Counted from the stretch's first letter, positions 9,130-19,774 are shown. The stretch is DNA of 64,000 nucleotides from an uncultured bacterium (GCA_963746775.1 CAVVCK010000001.1:418435-482434); one strand, 5' to 3'. Notes: a model not told the origin generated them from the sequence alone. A program made the numbers and translations.

Positions 9130-10173
9130 TTATACCTTCTTATTATAGCCTTTAGTTAAACTCCGATATGACCAAAATCCTATGGGCATAGGCAGCCACA
9201 ATGCTAAAAACCTAAAAATTAAAACAGCCAATATAGCTAATTCCAGAGGAACTCCAAAACCAGAATAAATAAGAGCTAAGGATGCTTCAAATATTATAAA
9301 TCCCGAAGGAACAAGAGAAACAAAAGAAAAAACATCCGCTAAAACAAACCCGATAATTAATATTGCTATGGAAATTTCATAATTTAGGGCTTTAAAAATA
9401 AAAAATACAGTCAAAATATCAAAGACATGGACTAAAATAGCATAAAGTAACGATTTAAACATTTGTTTCTTCCTGCCTTTTACCTCTCTCCAGCCACGAT
9501 AGAATTCTTCTATCATCATAAATATTTCTTCTTCCTCTAGCAACTCTCTTTTTATCAATCTTCTAGAAATTCTATTTAATTTAGAAAGGATGAAACGCAA
9601 AACTTTTTCGAAAAGAGTGCGCTTGCGAAAAAATAGGTACACCCCCACAGTTAATATTACCGTTACTAAAAATCCAAGGCCAGAAGCAATAAATTCTTCT
9701 ACATTAATTTCATTCCTGGCTACCAAATAAATTATTACTCCGATAAGGAAAAAATAAAAACTTAAATTATTAAATAAATAATATAAGACAACTACTACAG
9801 CGCTAATACCTTTCTTTATCTTTTCCTTGCTAAAAAAATAGAATAAAAAAGAAGTCCCGGATAACCCACCAGAAGGAAAAGCAACATTTAAAAAATTTAT
9901 AGAAAGTACAGCTTTAAAAGACTTAAAAAATTTTATTTTTGTATGCTGTATTAAGAGCAAATTATTAATAAAAAGTACGACAGAAATATAAGTTAAAATT
10001 TGAGTAAATAATGCTAAAACTATAAAAATTATTTTTGCTTCTTTTACAGCTTCAACAACTTTTTGAAAATCAGAAAACTTTAGAAAAATTAAAATAATAA
10101 CGGAAAAAATAGCAGCAATCAGTATCACCTGCGACCAATGAAATTTTTTAATATTATTTCTCTTCTCTAACAA
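9130..10173 (-). CDS. polytopic integral membrane protein (flippase-like / UPF0104-like)
   Basis: About 8 predicted TM helices with Lys/Arg-rich loops. No catalytic motif recognised. Confidence 0.3.
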   Translation of the reverse strand: MLEKRNNIKKFHWSQVILIAAIFSVIILIFLKFSDFQKVVEAVKEAKIIFIVLALFTQILTYISVVLFINNLLLIQHTKIKFFKSFKAVLSINFLNVAFPSGGLSGTSFLFYFFSKEKIKKGISAVVVVLYYLFNNLSFYFFLIGVIIYLVARNEINVEEFIASGLGFLVTVILTVGVYLFFRKRTLFEKVLRFILSKLNRISRRLIKRELLEEEEIFMMIEEFYRGWREVKGRKKQMFKSLLYAILVHVFDILTVFFIFKALNYEISIAILIIGFVLADVFSFVSLVPSGFIIFEASLALIYSGFGVPLELAILAVLIFRFLALWLPMPIGFWSYRSLTKGYNKKV

Positions 10174-10247
10174 GGGTTTATTTTATATAATAAGATAAGC
10201 TAAGATAAACTTATTACATCTTACCTCAATTTTAACATTTTTCAATA

Positions 10248-12776
10248 ATGATCTTCTCTCGATATACAAAATTAGACACTGCTAATGCCCTAAAAGATTT
10301 AAAAGCCAGGCAAACAGGACTTTCCTCATCTGAAGCCAAAAAAAGACTCAATCAATTTGGTTTAAATGAAATAGCTGCCAAGGAAACAAAAATCTGGCAA
10401 ATCTTTCTCAGACAATTCAAAACTTCTTTTATTTATCTTTTACTCTTTGCAGTTATTGTTTCATTCTTATTAAACGAAACAATGAATGGAATTGTTATTT
10501 TAATTTTTGTTTTAGTCAATGCTGCTTTGGGCTTTATACAAGAATACCGTTCACATCGGACACTTAGCATTTTAAAAAAATATTTAAAAAAAGAGGCTCT
10601 TGTTTTACGTAACGATAAAGAGCTTACAATTAACAAAAAAAATCTAGTCCCCGGCGATATTGTTATTTTAAACCCAGGCGATATTATCCCGGCTGATTTA
10701 AGAATGATTTATGAACATAATTTAATTGTTAACGAGGAAACCTTAACTGGTGAATCAAAAGCAGTTAATAAAGTTACTGCTTCATTAAAAAATGAAGCTA
10801 AAGAAATTTATCAAGCTAAAAATATTCTTTTTTCTGGAACAGAAGTAATTTCCGGCCAAGCTCGCGGTCTTGTTATAACTACCAGAAATGATACTGCTTT
10901 CGGAAAAATTGCCAAATTGACTACAGAAACAGAGAGAGAAAGCCCTTTTGAAAAAGAACTGCTGCAATTTAGCCGATTTATATTAAAAGTAGTCATTATT
11001 ACTTTAGTTTTAGTCTTTTTGGCAAATCTAGTTATAAAGGGAAAACCAGAACAAGCTGGCGATTTTTTACTTTTTTCCATTGCCTTAGCTGTTAGCATTA
11101 TTCCAGAAGTTTTACCAACAATTACTAGCATTTCCCTGTCCAGAGGAGCTCTAAAATTAGCTCGAAAAAAAATTGTTATAAAAAGACTGGCTTCAATCCA
11201 TGATTTAGGCAGTATTGAAATATTATGCACAGACAAAACCGGAACTATTACAGAAAATAAATTAAAAGTTGCCAATATCAATTCCTTTGACAAAGAAAAA
11301 TGCCTCCTGAATTCAATTTTAGCTTACGAGCAAAATAATACACAGAAAAATTCTTTTGACGAAGCCTTACTAGCAGAACAAGATAAAAAAATTATAGAAA
11401 AAACAAAAGAATTTAAAAAAATTGATGAGATTCCTTTTGATTCCGAAAGAAGGAAAAATAGCGTTTTGGTATCTAATGAAAAAGATACCTTTATTATTGC
11501 CCGTGGTGCACCGGAAAATATTTTAAAAATCTGCCGTAAGATATTTATCGATCATCAAGAAGAAAACTTAACTCCCCTCGTAGAAAATATAAAAAAACAA
11601 ATTAAAGAAGAGGGACTCTTGGGCAGAAGAGTAATAGCCTTAGCTATAAAAAAATTTAACCGTCAAACTTATATCGAAAAAGATGAAAACGAAATGACTT
11701 TCCTAGGCTTTATTTCTTTTACCGATCCTCTCAAGCCAACCTCTATGAAAGCTATTAAATTAGCCAAAAAATTAGGAGTAAAGGTTAAAATATTAACTGG
11801 TGACAGTCCAAGCGTTGCTTTCGCTGTAGGCAAAGAAATCGGATTAGTTAATAGCCCACAAGAGGTTATGACTGGGAATGAGCTCGATGTCTTGAAAAAT
11901 CATGAATTCAGTAAGGCAGCAGAAAAATTTGATATTTTTGCTAGAATTTCACCAGAACAAAAATATAAAATAATTAAAAGCTTGCAAGAAAAAAAAGAAG
12001 TTGGCTTCTTGGGAGAAGGAGTAAATGATGCCCCCGCTTTAAAAATAGCTAATACAGCTTTAGTCGTTCCCTCAGCAGCTGATATTGCTAAAGACGCCGC
12101 CGATATACTCTTACTTCAGAAAAGCTTGTTAGTAATAATTGATGGTATAAAAGAAGGACGCAATATTTTCACTAATATTATTAAATATATAAAAATAACT
12201 TTAGTTTCTAACTTTGGAAATTTCTATTCCTTAGCCATAATTTCTTTAATGCTGAATTTCTTACCTATGCTGCCAATCCAAATTCTTTTAATCAACTTGA
12301 TTTCCGATGCGCCAATGATTGCTATATCAGCTGATAGCGTAGATGTAGCTGAATTAAAAAAACCAAAACATTACAAAATAAAAACCATTGTTGTGCTGAT
12401 TTTTATTTTGGGATTTGTCAGTTCTATTTTTGATTTTATTTTTTTTGGTATTTTTGGAAAAATGCCAGAGGAAACCTTACAAACACTTTGGTTTATCGAA
12501 AGCATTTTAACGGAAATTATCTTAATCTTTTCTCTAAGAACTAACCTCTTTTCATTAAAAGCAAAAATGCCTTCCAAAATTTTATCCTTACTTTCTTTGA
12601 GCGCCTTCCTTGTTACTATCGGCTTACCTTATACTTCTTTTGGACAAAATATCTTTCATTTTTCTGCGCCCCTACCTTGGATGATTATAACTATTATTAT
12701 AATAGTTACTTTCTATTTTATCACTAATGAAGCAATAAAACTTATTTATTATAGGATGCAGAAAAAAACAGATTAA
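10248..12776 (+). CDS. cation-transporting P-type ATPase (MgtA/Ca-ATPase-like)
   Basis: Phosphorylation motif ICTDKTGTITENK. TGDSPSVA. Hinge GEGVNDAPALK. N-terminal GLSSSEAKKRLNQFGLNE. 842 aa. Confidence 0.85.
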   Translation: MIFSRYTKLDTANALKDLKARQTGLSSSEAKKRLNQFGLNEIAAKETKIWQIFLRQFKTSFIYLLLFAVIVSFLLNETMNGIVILIFVLVNAALGFIQEYRSHRTLSILKKYLKKEALVLRNDKELTINKKNLVPGDIVILNPGDIIPADLRMIYEHNLIVNEETLTGESKAVNKVTASLKNEAKEIYQAKNILFSGTEVISGQARGLVITTRNDTAFGKIAKLTTETERESPFEKELLQFSRFILKVVIITLVLVFLANLVIKGKPEQAGDFLLFSIALAVSIIPEVLPTITSISLSRGALKLARKKIVIKRLASIHDLGSIEILCTDKTGTITENKLKVANINSFDKEKCLLNSILAYEQNNTQKNSFDEALLAEQDKKIIEKTKEFKKIDEIPFDSERRKNSVLVSNEKDTFIIARGAPENILKICRKIFIDHQEENLTPLVENIKKQIKEEGLLGRRVIALAIKKFNRQTYIEKDENEMTFLGFISFTDPLKPTSMKAIKLAKKLGVKVKILTGDSPSVAFAVGKEIGLVNSPQEVMTGNELDVLKNHEFSKAAEKFDIFARISPEQKYKIIKSLQEKKEVGFLGEGVNDAPALKIANTALVVPSAADIAKDAADILLLQKSLLVIIDGIKEGRNIFTNIIKYIKITLVSNFGNFYSLAIISLMLNFLPMLPIQILLINLISDAPMIAISADSVDVAELKKPKHYKIKTIVVLIFILGFVSSIFDFIFFGIFGKMPEETLQTLWFIESILTEIILIFSLRTNLFSLKAKMPSKILSLLSLSAFLVTIGLPYTSFGQNIFHFSAPLPWMIITIIIIVTFYFITNEAIKLIYYRMQKKTD

Positions 12777-12792
12777 AATAAATCTTAGAATT

Positions 12793-13272
12793 TTAGATAT
12801 TTTTTTTAACTGTAGTAAGTCCTGTTCTCACTAATTCCAAAATGTTTTTATTTTTAATTTTGGATATAATCTTATCGACATTAATATGAGTAGTGGTTAT
12901 TTCTAAAACAATTTCTTTTTTATTTTTTTCTAAAATATTCAAATTACCTCTTTTTTCTATATATTGAGCTAAAACCTTATTGAATCCCTTACTTAAAATT
13001 CTTAAAATTAGCAGCTCTCTTACGTTTACTTTTCTTAAATCAACCTGCTCTATCTTCACGACTTCAATTAATTTATTAATCTGGTTAATAACTTGATCCA
13101 TGCGAGTTCCCCTAACAACTAAAGTAATTAAAGTTCGATCTTTGATGTGAGTTTTCCCAGCTGTAATAGTTTCAATATTAAAATTGCGTCTTCTACAAAT
13201 TGAAGAAATTTTACCTAACACCCCCGGCCTATTTTCCACCCAAATATTAATTATTTCTTTTTTTTGTTTCAT
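12793..13272 (-). CDS. ilvN: acetolactate synthase small (regulatory) subunit
   Basis: ACT domain start IINIWVENRPGVLGKISSICRRRNFNIETI. 4-bp overlap with ilvB. Confidence 0.8.
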   Translation of the reverse strand: MKQKKEIINIWVENRPGVLGKISSICRRRNFNIETITAGKTHIKDRTLITLVVRGTRMDQVINQINKLIEVVKIEQVDLRKVNVRELLILRILSKGFNKVLAQYIEKRGNLNILEKNKKEIVLEITTTHINVDKIISKIKNKNILELVRTGLTTVKKNI

Positions 13273-14942
13273 ACCATTGTTTCATTTAATGAAGCACCAG
13301 GTGAAACCATAGGAAAAACGTTATCTTCACTTTTAATCACAAATTCATTTATAATCGGACCTTTTCTATTTCTTGATTTTCTAATATTTTCACAAGCTTC
13401 TTTCAAATTTTTTGATTTGTAAAATGGGATTTTATAACCTTGAGCAATTTTTCCAAAATCAGGATTCAGGAGCTTAGTTCCTGAATAATTTTTATTATAA
13501 AACATTTCTTGCCACTGGCGCACCATGCCTAAATAGCCATTATTGAAAACAGCTATTTTTACATCTAGATTTTCCTGCATTATGGTTCCCAACTCTTGGA
13601 TATTCATTTGAAATCCGCCATCACCCATTAAAGCCCATACTTCTGATCGAGGCTTAGCAAATTTAGCTCCGACTGAAGCCGGCAGACTATAGCCCATACA
13701 ACCAAGACCGCCAGAAGATAATAACTTTGGCTTGGAAAATTGATAATGTTGAGCAGTCCACATTTGATTTTGACCAACATCAGAAACAACTAAAGCTTCT
13801 CCTATGGTTTGTTTATAAATTTCATTAATAACATGCTTAGCCCGCATCTGACCTTTTTTATCTTCTCTGTCGTCAAAAGCTTTAATTGGATTTTTCTTTT
13901 GCCAATCCTTTATTTTCTTAAACCAATCAGCATTTTTATTTGATTTAACTTCCTTATTAATTTCTCTTAATGCTCGCTTGGCATCACATAAAATTGGTAC
14001 ATCAACTACAGTATTTTTACCAATTTCAGCAGCATCGATATCTATATGAATTACTTTGGCATCCTTGGCAAATTCTTCTAGTCTTCCGGTAATTCTGTCA
14101 TCAAATCGCAAGCCAATTCCCATAATAAGATCGGCGTTATGAACAGCAAAATTAGCATAAGCCATGCCATGCATGCCTAGCATACCAAAATTTAATTTAT
14201 GGCTGTCGGGAAAAGCTCCCATACCAAGTAAAGTAGTAATTACTGGAATATTAGCCTTTTCAGCTAAATTTTTTAATTTCTTTTCAGCCCCAGATATAAC
14301 TACTCCATGCCCAGTTAATATAATGGGGCGTTTTGATTGGTTAATTAATTTAGCAGTTTTATTAATTATGTCTTTAGTTATTACATGGCAAGGATTATAG
14401 CCTGGTAAATTTATATTTTTGGGATATAAAAATGATTTTACTTCTTCCTTAGAAACATCAACTGGAATATCAATTAAAACTGGTCCAGGCCTGCCCGAAT
14501 TCGCAATATAGAAAGCCTCTTTGATAACGCGGGGTAGGTCACGAACTGAGTCAACATAATAATTATGTTTAGTGATAGGCTGAGTAATACCAGTTATATC
14601 TACTTCTTGAAAAGCATCAGTACCACCAACAGAAGTTGCCACCTGGCCGGTAATAGCTACCATAGGCACAGAGTCCAAATAAGCATTAGCAATACCCGAT
14701 ACTAAATTAGTAGCTCCGGGACCAGAGGTAGATAGGCATACTCCAACTTTTTTTGATGCCCGAGCATATCCATCAGCCGCCATAGCAGCACCTTGCTCAT
14801 TTCTAACTAAAACATGCTTTATTTTCTTAGCATATTTAGGCAAAACATCATAAATAGGAATAACTACTCCGCCTGGATAGCCAAAAATAACCTCCACTCC
14901 TTCTTTGATTAATGATTTTAATAATATATCTGCGCCGATCAT
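13269..14942 (-). CDS. ilvB: acetolactate synthase large subunit (ThDP-dependent)
   Basis: MIGADILLKSLIKEGVEVIFGYPGG N-terminus. ThDP motif GLGCMGYSLPASVGA...GDGGFQMN. 557 aa. Confidence 0.85.
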   Translation of the reverse strand: MIGADILLKSLIKEGVEVIFGYPGGVVIPIYDVLPKYAKKIKHVLVRNEQGAAMAADGYARASKKVGVCLSTSGPGATNLVSGIANAYLDSVPMVAITGQVATSVGGTDAFQEVDITGITQPITKHNYYVDSVRDLPRVIKEAFYIANSGRPGPVLIDIPVDVSKEEVKSFLYPKNINLPGYNPCHVITKDIINKTAKLINQSKRPIILTGHGVVISGAEKKLKNLAEKANIPVITTLLGMGAFPDSHKLNFGMLGMHGMAYANFAVHNADLIMGIGLRFDDRITGRLEEFAKDAKVIHIDIDAAEIGKNTVVDVPILCDAKRALREINKEVKSNKNADWFKKIKDWQKKNPIKAFDDREDKKGQMRAKHVINEIYKQTIGEALVVSDVGQNQMWTAQHYQFSKPKLLSSGGLGCMGYSLPASVGAKFAKPRSEVWALMGDGGFQMNIQELGTIMQENLDVKIAVFNNGYLGMVRQWQEMFYNKNYSGTKLLNPDFGKIAQGYKIPFYKSKNLKEACENIRKSRNRKGPIINEFVIKSEDNVFPMVSPGASLNETMV

Positions 14943-14986
14943 GAGTTAGTTATTAGTTTATAGTTTTTATAATTAGTTAATATTTT

Positions 14987-15172
14987 CTATTCCTCCCCTC
15001 CTCAGCTGAGGAGGGGTGTCTCAAGGGCTAATGCCCGAAGAGACGGAGTGGTGTTAAACGTGTTAGTTTAAATAAGACTTTATTATTTACCACTATCCAC
15101 GAACAACACCCCTATGTCTCCACACTTTTATTAAAAAGTGGGAGACATCTCCCCTCAGCTGAGGGGAGAAGG
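14987..15172 (-). promoter_or_regulatory. structured intergenic leader between ilvD and ilvB: two CAGCTG-centred GC palindromes plus two further hairpins
   Basis: Read from the sequence:
- 14995-15016 CCCCTCCTCAGCTGAGGAGGGG.
- 15148-15169 TCTCCCCTCAGCTGAGGGGAGA.
- 15027-15038 GGGC-TAAT-GCCC.
- An imperfect hairpin ATGTCTCCACAC...GTGGGAGACAT.
All lie within an otherwise ~25% GC spacer. Confidence 0.5.
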
Positions 15173-15184
15173 AATATATAAATA

Positions 15185-16799
15185 TTATTTTGTATAATTC
15201 TTCCTAAATTTCTCCATAAAAGGAGTTGTCTCTCTCTTTGGCACTTTCATTTTCTTCAATCTTTTCTCAATTTCAGCCTGTGATAATTTAACATTCAATC
15301 TTCTTTTAGATATATTAATTTCAATCACATCACCATTTTTTATAATTCCAATTACTCCACTATTATATCCTTCAGGCTCAATGTGACCAATACAAGCTCC
15401 TCTAGTTCCACCGGAAAAACGGCCATCTGTAAGCAAAGCTACTTTGAGACCTGCACCAGAAATCACTGAGGTAGGTGTCAACATCTCCGGCATACCAGGA
15501 GCACCAGCCGGCCCCATAAAATTAACTACTACTACATCACCATTTTTAATATTTTTATTTTCTACCGCCTTCATTACTGCTTCTTCAGTATTGAATACCT
15601 TGGCTGGTCCGCTAAATTCTAGCATATCTTTCTCTACTGCTGTTTGTTTTATAACCGATGAATTGCAAATATTTCCTTTCAAAACGGCAATACCTCCTTC
15701 TTTGTAATAAGGATTATTCAATGGTCGAATTACATCATTATTTTTAATTTTACCCTTTTGAGCTATTTCTTTTATATTTTTTCCATTTACAGTCTCTGAT
15801 GATTTTAAATATTTTTTTAATCTATTTAAAACTGCTGGAATTCCTCCTGCCTTATCCAAATCTTCCATTACATGCTCACCTGCTGGTCTTATTTTACAAA
15901 TATTGAGCGTAGTTTTAGATATTTTATCAAATAATTCCAATGGCAAATCAATATTCATCTCATTTGCTATAGCAGGTAAATGTAGAGCGGTGTTAGTTGA
16001 CCCCCCAATAGCCATATCAACTCTGATTGCGTTTTCAAAAGCAGCTTTAGTCATAATCTTCCGGGGGTAAATATTTTTCTTTACTAACTGCACAATTTTC
16101 TTGCCGGTCTGATAAGCTTGTTTTTTCTTTTTAGGATCTAGGGCTAGAGTTGTGGCACAACCAGTCAGGGACATACCCAAAACTTCTGTCATACAAGCCA
16201 TAGAATTAGCAGTAAATAATCCTGCGCAAGAACCAGCCCCAGGACAAGCCCGGCATTCTATTTTATAGGCTTCTTTCAAATCCATTTTACCAGCCTTAAC
16301 TTTTCCAACAGCTTCAAAAGCGCCAGATACTAAATCTATGCCTTTCCCGTCAATGCTCCCTTCTTTCATTGCTCCGCCAGTAAGAATTATAGCTGGTAAA
16401 TTTAACCTGCCAGCTGCCATAAGCATACCCGGTGTAATTTTATCGCAATTAGTTACCCCCCACCCAACCGTCCAAAGAATGAGATAACATCATAATTTCT
16501 ATATTATCAGCAATATGATCACGAGAGGGCAGTGACAATCTCATTTCCACATGCATAGCGATACCGTCACACACACCCGGCACTCCCCATTCAAATGGCA
16601 CTCCTCCTCCATCTACAATCCCTCTTTTAACTTCCTTAGTTAATTCATTTAAATGAATATGGCCTGGAATTATATCGTTATAGGAATTGGCAATACCAAT
16701 AAAAGGTTTTTTGAAATCATTATCTCTTAAACCTGTGGCACGAAGTAAGGATCTATGAGGCATTGTTTCAATGCCCTTTTTTAGTTTTTCACTTCTCAT
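15185..16799 (-). CDS. ilvD: dihydroxy-acid dehydratase, split into two ORFs by a +1 frameshift in a C6 (G6 on the coding strand) homopolymer at 16455-16460
   Basis: ORF 16449-16799 encodes the IlvD N-terminus ([23 protein letters not shown]...GIAMHVEM...[10 protein letters not shown]). ORF 15185-16426 continues it ([13 protein letters not shown]...). Removing one G restores [21 protein letters not shown], the conserved [12 protein letters not shown] motif. Confidence 0.8.
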
Positions 16800-17699
16800 T
16801 TAATTAACAAAAGTTAGCCATTTATAATATTTTTTATTTTTTCCATTAATAATCTGACTAAATTCTTCTTTTAGTTTTCTAGTAACAATTCCTAAATCAT
16901 TTTTTAATTTCTTCCCATTAATTTGCCCCACTGGTGATACTTCAGCCGCCGTACCAGTTAGGAAACATTCATCCGCTTCCTGTATATTTTTTAATTTTAA
17001 TTTCTTTTCTAATATTTTATAACCTAAATCTCGAGCTAGTTGCATAATAGACTCTCTGGTAATACCAGCCAAAATAGTGCCCAAAGGCGGAGTATAAATT
17101 ATATTATTTTTAACAATAAAAATATTCTCAGCTGACCCTTCGGCTACATAACCTTTATAATCAAGCATAATGGCCTCAGTATAACCTGCCTTCGTTGCTT
17201 CCATTACAGCTAACATAGCATTAACATAGTGCCCTGTTATTTTAGCATCAGCGAAGGTAGACTCCGGATGAATACGCACAAACCGCGATACTTTTAACCG
17301 AGCTGATTCTTCGCCAAGATATGAACCCCAAGACCAACAAGCAATAGCCACATCAACAGGTAAGCCTGTAGGATTTACGCGCAAAGGACCGTGACCATAA
17401 TAAGCAATAGGTCTAATATAGCCGGATTTAATTTTGTTCTTTTTAATTAAATTAACAATTGCCTCTTTCAGTTCTTTCTTGTTATAAGGCATTTTCATAT
17501 GTATGCACTTAGCCGAATAAAGCCATCTATTGATATGCTTGTCTAATTGAAAAATTGCCTGACCCTGTTTAGTATTATAAAATCGTATACCTTCAAAAGC
17601 ACCGGTTCCATAGTGCATGGTATGATTTAAAACATGGACTTGAGCTTTGTTCCAATCAACCAGTTTGCCATTAAACCAAATTTTTGATGTTTTTTGCAT
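16800..17699 (-). CDS. ilvE: branched-chain amino acid aminotransferase (fold type IV)
   Basis: MQKTSKIWFNGKLVDWNKAQVHVLNHTMHYGTGAFEGIRFY. 299 aa. Confidence 0.85.
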   Translation of the reverse strand: MQKTSKIWFNGKLVDWNKAQVHVLNHTMHYGTGAFEGIRFYNTKQGQAIFQLDKHINRWLYSAKCIHMKMPYNKKELKEAIVNLIKKNKIKSGYIRPIAYYGHGPLRVNPTGLPVDVAIACWSWGSYLGEESARLKVSRFVRIHPESTFADAKITGHYVNAMLAVMEATKAGYTEAIMLDYKGYVAEGSAENIFIVKNNIIYTPPLGTILAGITRESIMQLARDLGYKILEKKLKLKNIQEADECFLTGTAAEVSPVGQINGKKLKNDLGIVTRKLKEEFSQIINGKNKKYYKWLTFVN

Positions 17700-17700
17700 T

Positions 17701-18288
17701 TTATTCCAAATTAGTATGCTTTCCTTTCATATACTTTTCCGAAATACCAAACTCGCTCATTAGAATGGGAATTATAGAATCAAAATAAATCATAGTGCTC
17801 AATTCAAATAATGTCCCCATGGGCATAATCTTTTTATTCTTTTCAACTAATTGTCTAGCCAAATAATTTTCTGTATCTGATTCTTCTACTTTAGTTTTTA
17901 ATTTAATTTTCACATCAGAAATCTTTCCTATAGAGGAATTTTCATTACTAGTTATAGTTATTATTTTTGATTTTTGGCTTTTGGCCGCTTGAGCTACATG
18001 TAAAACAGAGCTAGTTTCACCAGAACCACTGACAACTAATAAAACATCATTTCGTGAAATAGCCGGCGTAATAGTATCACCCACAAAATATACTTCCTTA
18101 CCTAAATGAACTAAGCGCATAGCAAATGATTTAGCTACCAATCCAGATCGACCTGCTCCAAAAACAAAAACTTTTTGTGAATTTTCAATTATTTCTACAG
18201 CAGCTTTAGTATCTCTCTTAGAAGATTTTGATATAATTGTCTCAATGTTCTTGGTAATTTTCTTGGCATTTTTTATAAAATCCGGCAT
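17701..18288 (-). CDS. hxlB: 6-phospho-3-hexuloisomerase (SIS domain)
   Basis: VFVFGAGRSGLVAKSFAMRLVHLG and SGSGETSS SIS motifs. 195 aa. Adjacent to the HPS gene. Confidence 0.7.
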   Translation of the reverse strand: MPDFIKNAKKITKNIETIISKSSKRDTKAAVEIIENSQKVFVFGAGRSGLVAKSFAMRLVHLGKEVYFVGDTITPAISRNDVLLVVSGSGETSSVLHVAQAAKSQKSKIITITSNENSSIGKISDVKIKLKTKVEESDTENYLARQLVEKNKKIMPMGTLFELSTMIYFDSIIPILMSEFGISEKYMKGKHTNLE

Positions 18289-18306
18289 TTGTTATGAATT
18301 TATAAT

Positions 18307-18963
18307 TTATAATGTAAAATTTTGAATTGATTCTTTAATACTTTTTGCAGCCTCGACTGGATCATCTACCCCTGTAATCCCTCCACCAACTATCACTATA
18401 TCTATATTTTTAATTCCTTCTAACTGGCTTATATTTTCTTGTTTAATTCCTCCGGCAACCACCAATTTCCCACCTAAACCTGATATAGCCTCTGATATTT
18501 CTCTGGTTTTAGAAAAAGTTGTTTTACCCTGTCTTTGCTCACTTATGCCACAATGCACTCCTAATAATTTCACTCCCATCTTAATTAATTCTTTAGACCT
18601 TTCAATATAGTCCCTAACACCAATTAAATCAACTACCGCAATTAAACCATTCTTATTAGCAAATTTTAAGCCATCCTCAATATTCTCTATAGGGGATGCC
18701 CCAAGCATAGTTACATAAGTCGCTCCACATTCCATAGCTACTTGAAATTCAATGTCAGCTACATCAGCTGCTTTTAAATCGGCTACTAAGGGCTTTTTTG
18801 TTTTTTCACTAAACGCTTTTAAAACATCTCTCATCCCACAAGCCTTAAGCAAGGGTGTACCAGCTTCGATAAGATCTACTTCAGATTCTACTTTTTCTAT
18901 CATCTTCAGCGGATCTTCTAAGCTTACATAGTCGAGTGCTAATTGTAATTTTGGTTTTTCCAT
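18307..18963 (-). CDS. hxlA: 3-hexulose-6-phosphate synthase (OMP decarboxylase fold)
   Basis: LQLALDYVSLEDPLKMIEKV...DLIEAGTPL. 218 aa. Confidence 0.7.
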   Translation of the reverse strand: MEKPKLQLALDYVSLEDPLKMIEKVESEVDLIEAGTPLLKACGMRDVLKAFSEKTKKPLVADLKAADVADIEFQVAMECGATYVTMLGASPIENIEDGLKFANKNGLIAVVDLIGVRDYIERSKELIKMGVKLLGVHCGISEQRQGKTTFSKTREISEAISGLGGKLVVAGGIKQENISQLEGIKNIDIVIVGGGITGVDDPVEAAKSIKESIQNFTL

Positions 18964-19403
18964 TATTTATAATTATTTATTTTATTAACTCTATCCTTGT
19001 GTCTTCCACCTTCAAATTCACTTCCCAAAAATCTATCAACTATTTTAGTCGCTAAATCATAATCAATAATTCTTGCACCTAAACATAAAACATTAGCATT
19101 ATTATGTTTTCTTGTCATTTCTGCTTCTTTTTCTATATTACAATGCGCTGCCCTAATGCCTTTTACTTTATTAGCCGCTATACACATTCCAATCCCTGTC
19201 CCACAAATTAAAATTCCTAAACTATTTTCTTCACTTGCTACTTTTTTCCCTAATTTAAAAGCGTAATCAGGATAATCAACTGAATCAATGTTATTTGTCC
19301 CTAAATCTTCAATTTCAATATTTTTATCTTTTAAATAATTTTTTACTTTTTCTTTTAGTTCAAATCCGGCATGATCTGAAGCTATATATATTTTTTTAGA
19401 CAT
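18963..19403 (-). CDS. rpiB: ribose-5-phosphate isomerase B
   Basis: MSKKIYIASDHAGFELKEKV...CGTGIGMCIAANK. 146 aa. Confidence 0.85.
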   Translation of the reverse strand: MSKKIYIASDHAGFELKEKVKNYLKDKNIEIEDLGTNNIDSVDYPDYAFKLGKKVASEENSLGILICGTGIGMCIAANKVKGIRAAHCNIEKEAEMTRKHNNANVLCLGARIIDYDLATKIVDRFLGSEFEGGRHKDRVNKINNYK

Positions 19404-19774
19404 AATTAAATAAATTATTTATAAAATATCAACTTTGTTAGGTTTAATCTTTGGTTTCTCAGTCCCATAAACAGATGGTGGCATATTACTTACTATTCCT
19501 TTAAAAGTACCAAATGATAAGGAAATAATCAAATCGATATTATTTCATAACATTTTACCGTTTTGTTTTCCCTGGTAATAACAATCAAAATAATCAATAA
19601 AATTTAAATGATGTAAATAAAATATATCTTTTTTTGCTGATGTTGGATATTCGGAAAAACAGATAGAAACTATTTTACCAATTCCTAATTGTTTTTTATA
19701 GATTGTATTCATGATTTATATTATTTCAAAAATTGTCTAAATCTGTTAATATTTATCTACATTAATAAATTATT

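Noticed and set aside
14943-15184. T-box or known BCAA leader upstream of ilvB
   Set aside because: No T-box consensus (AATTAGGGTGGNACCGCG-like), no specifier-loop arrangement and no leader peptide rich in Ile/Val/Leu codons found by eye. Left as an unclassified structured element.
19440-19711. Short minus-strand ORF MNTIYKKQLGIGKIVSICFSEYPTSAKKDIFYLHHLNFIDYFDCYYQGKQNGKML followed out of frame by ...PPSVYGTEKPKIKPN
   Set aside because: Only 55 codons with no recognisable motif. Possibly a gene remnant in the rpiB upstream region, but the evidence is too weak to annotate.
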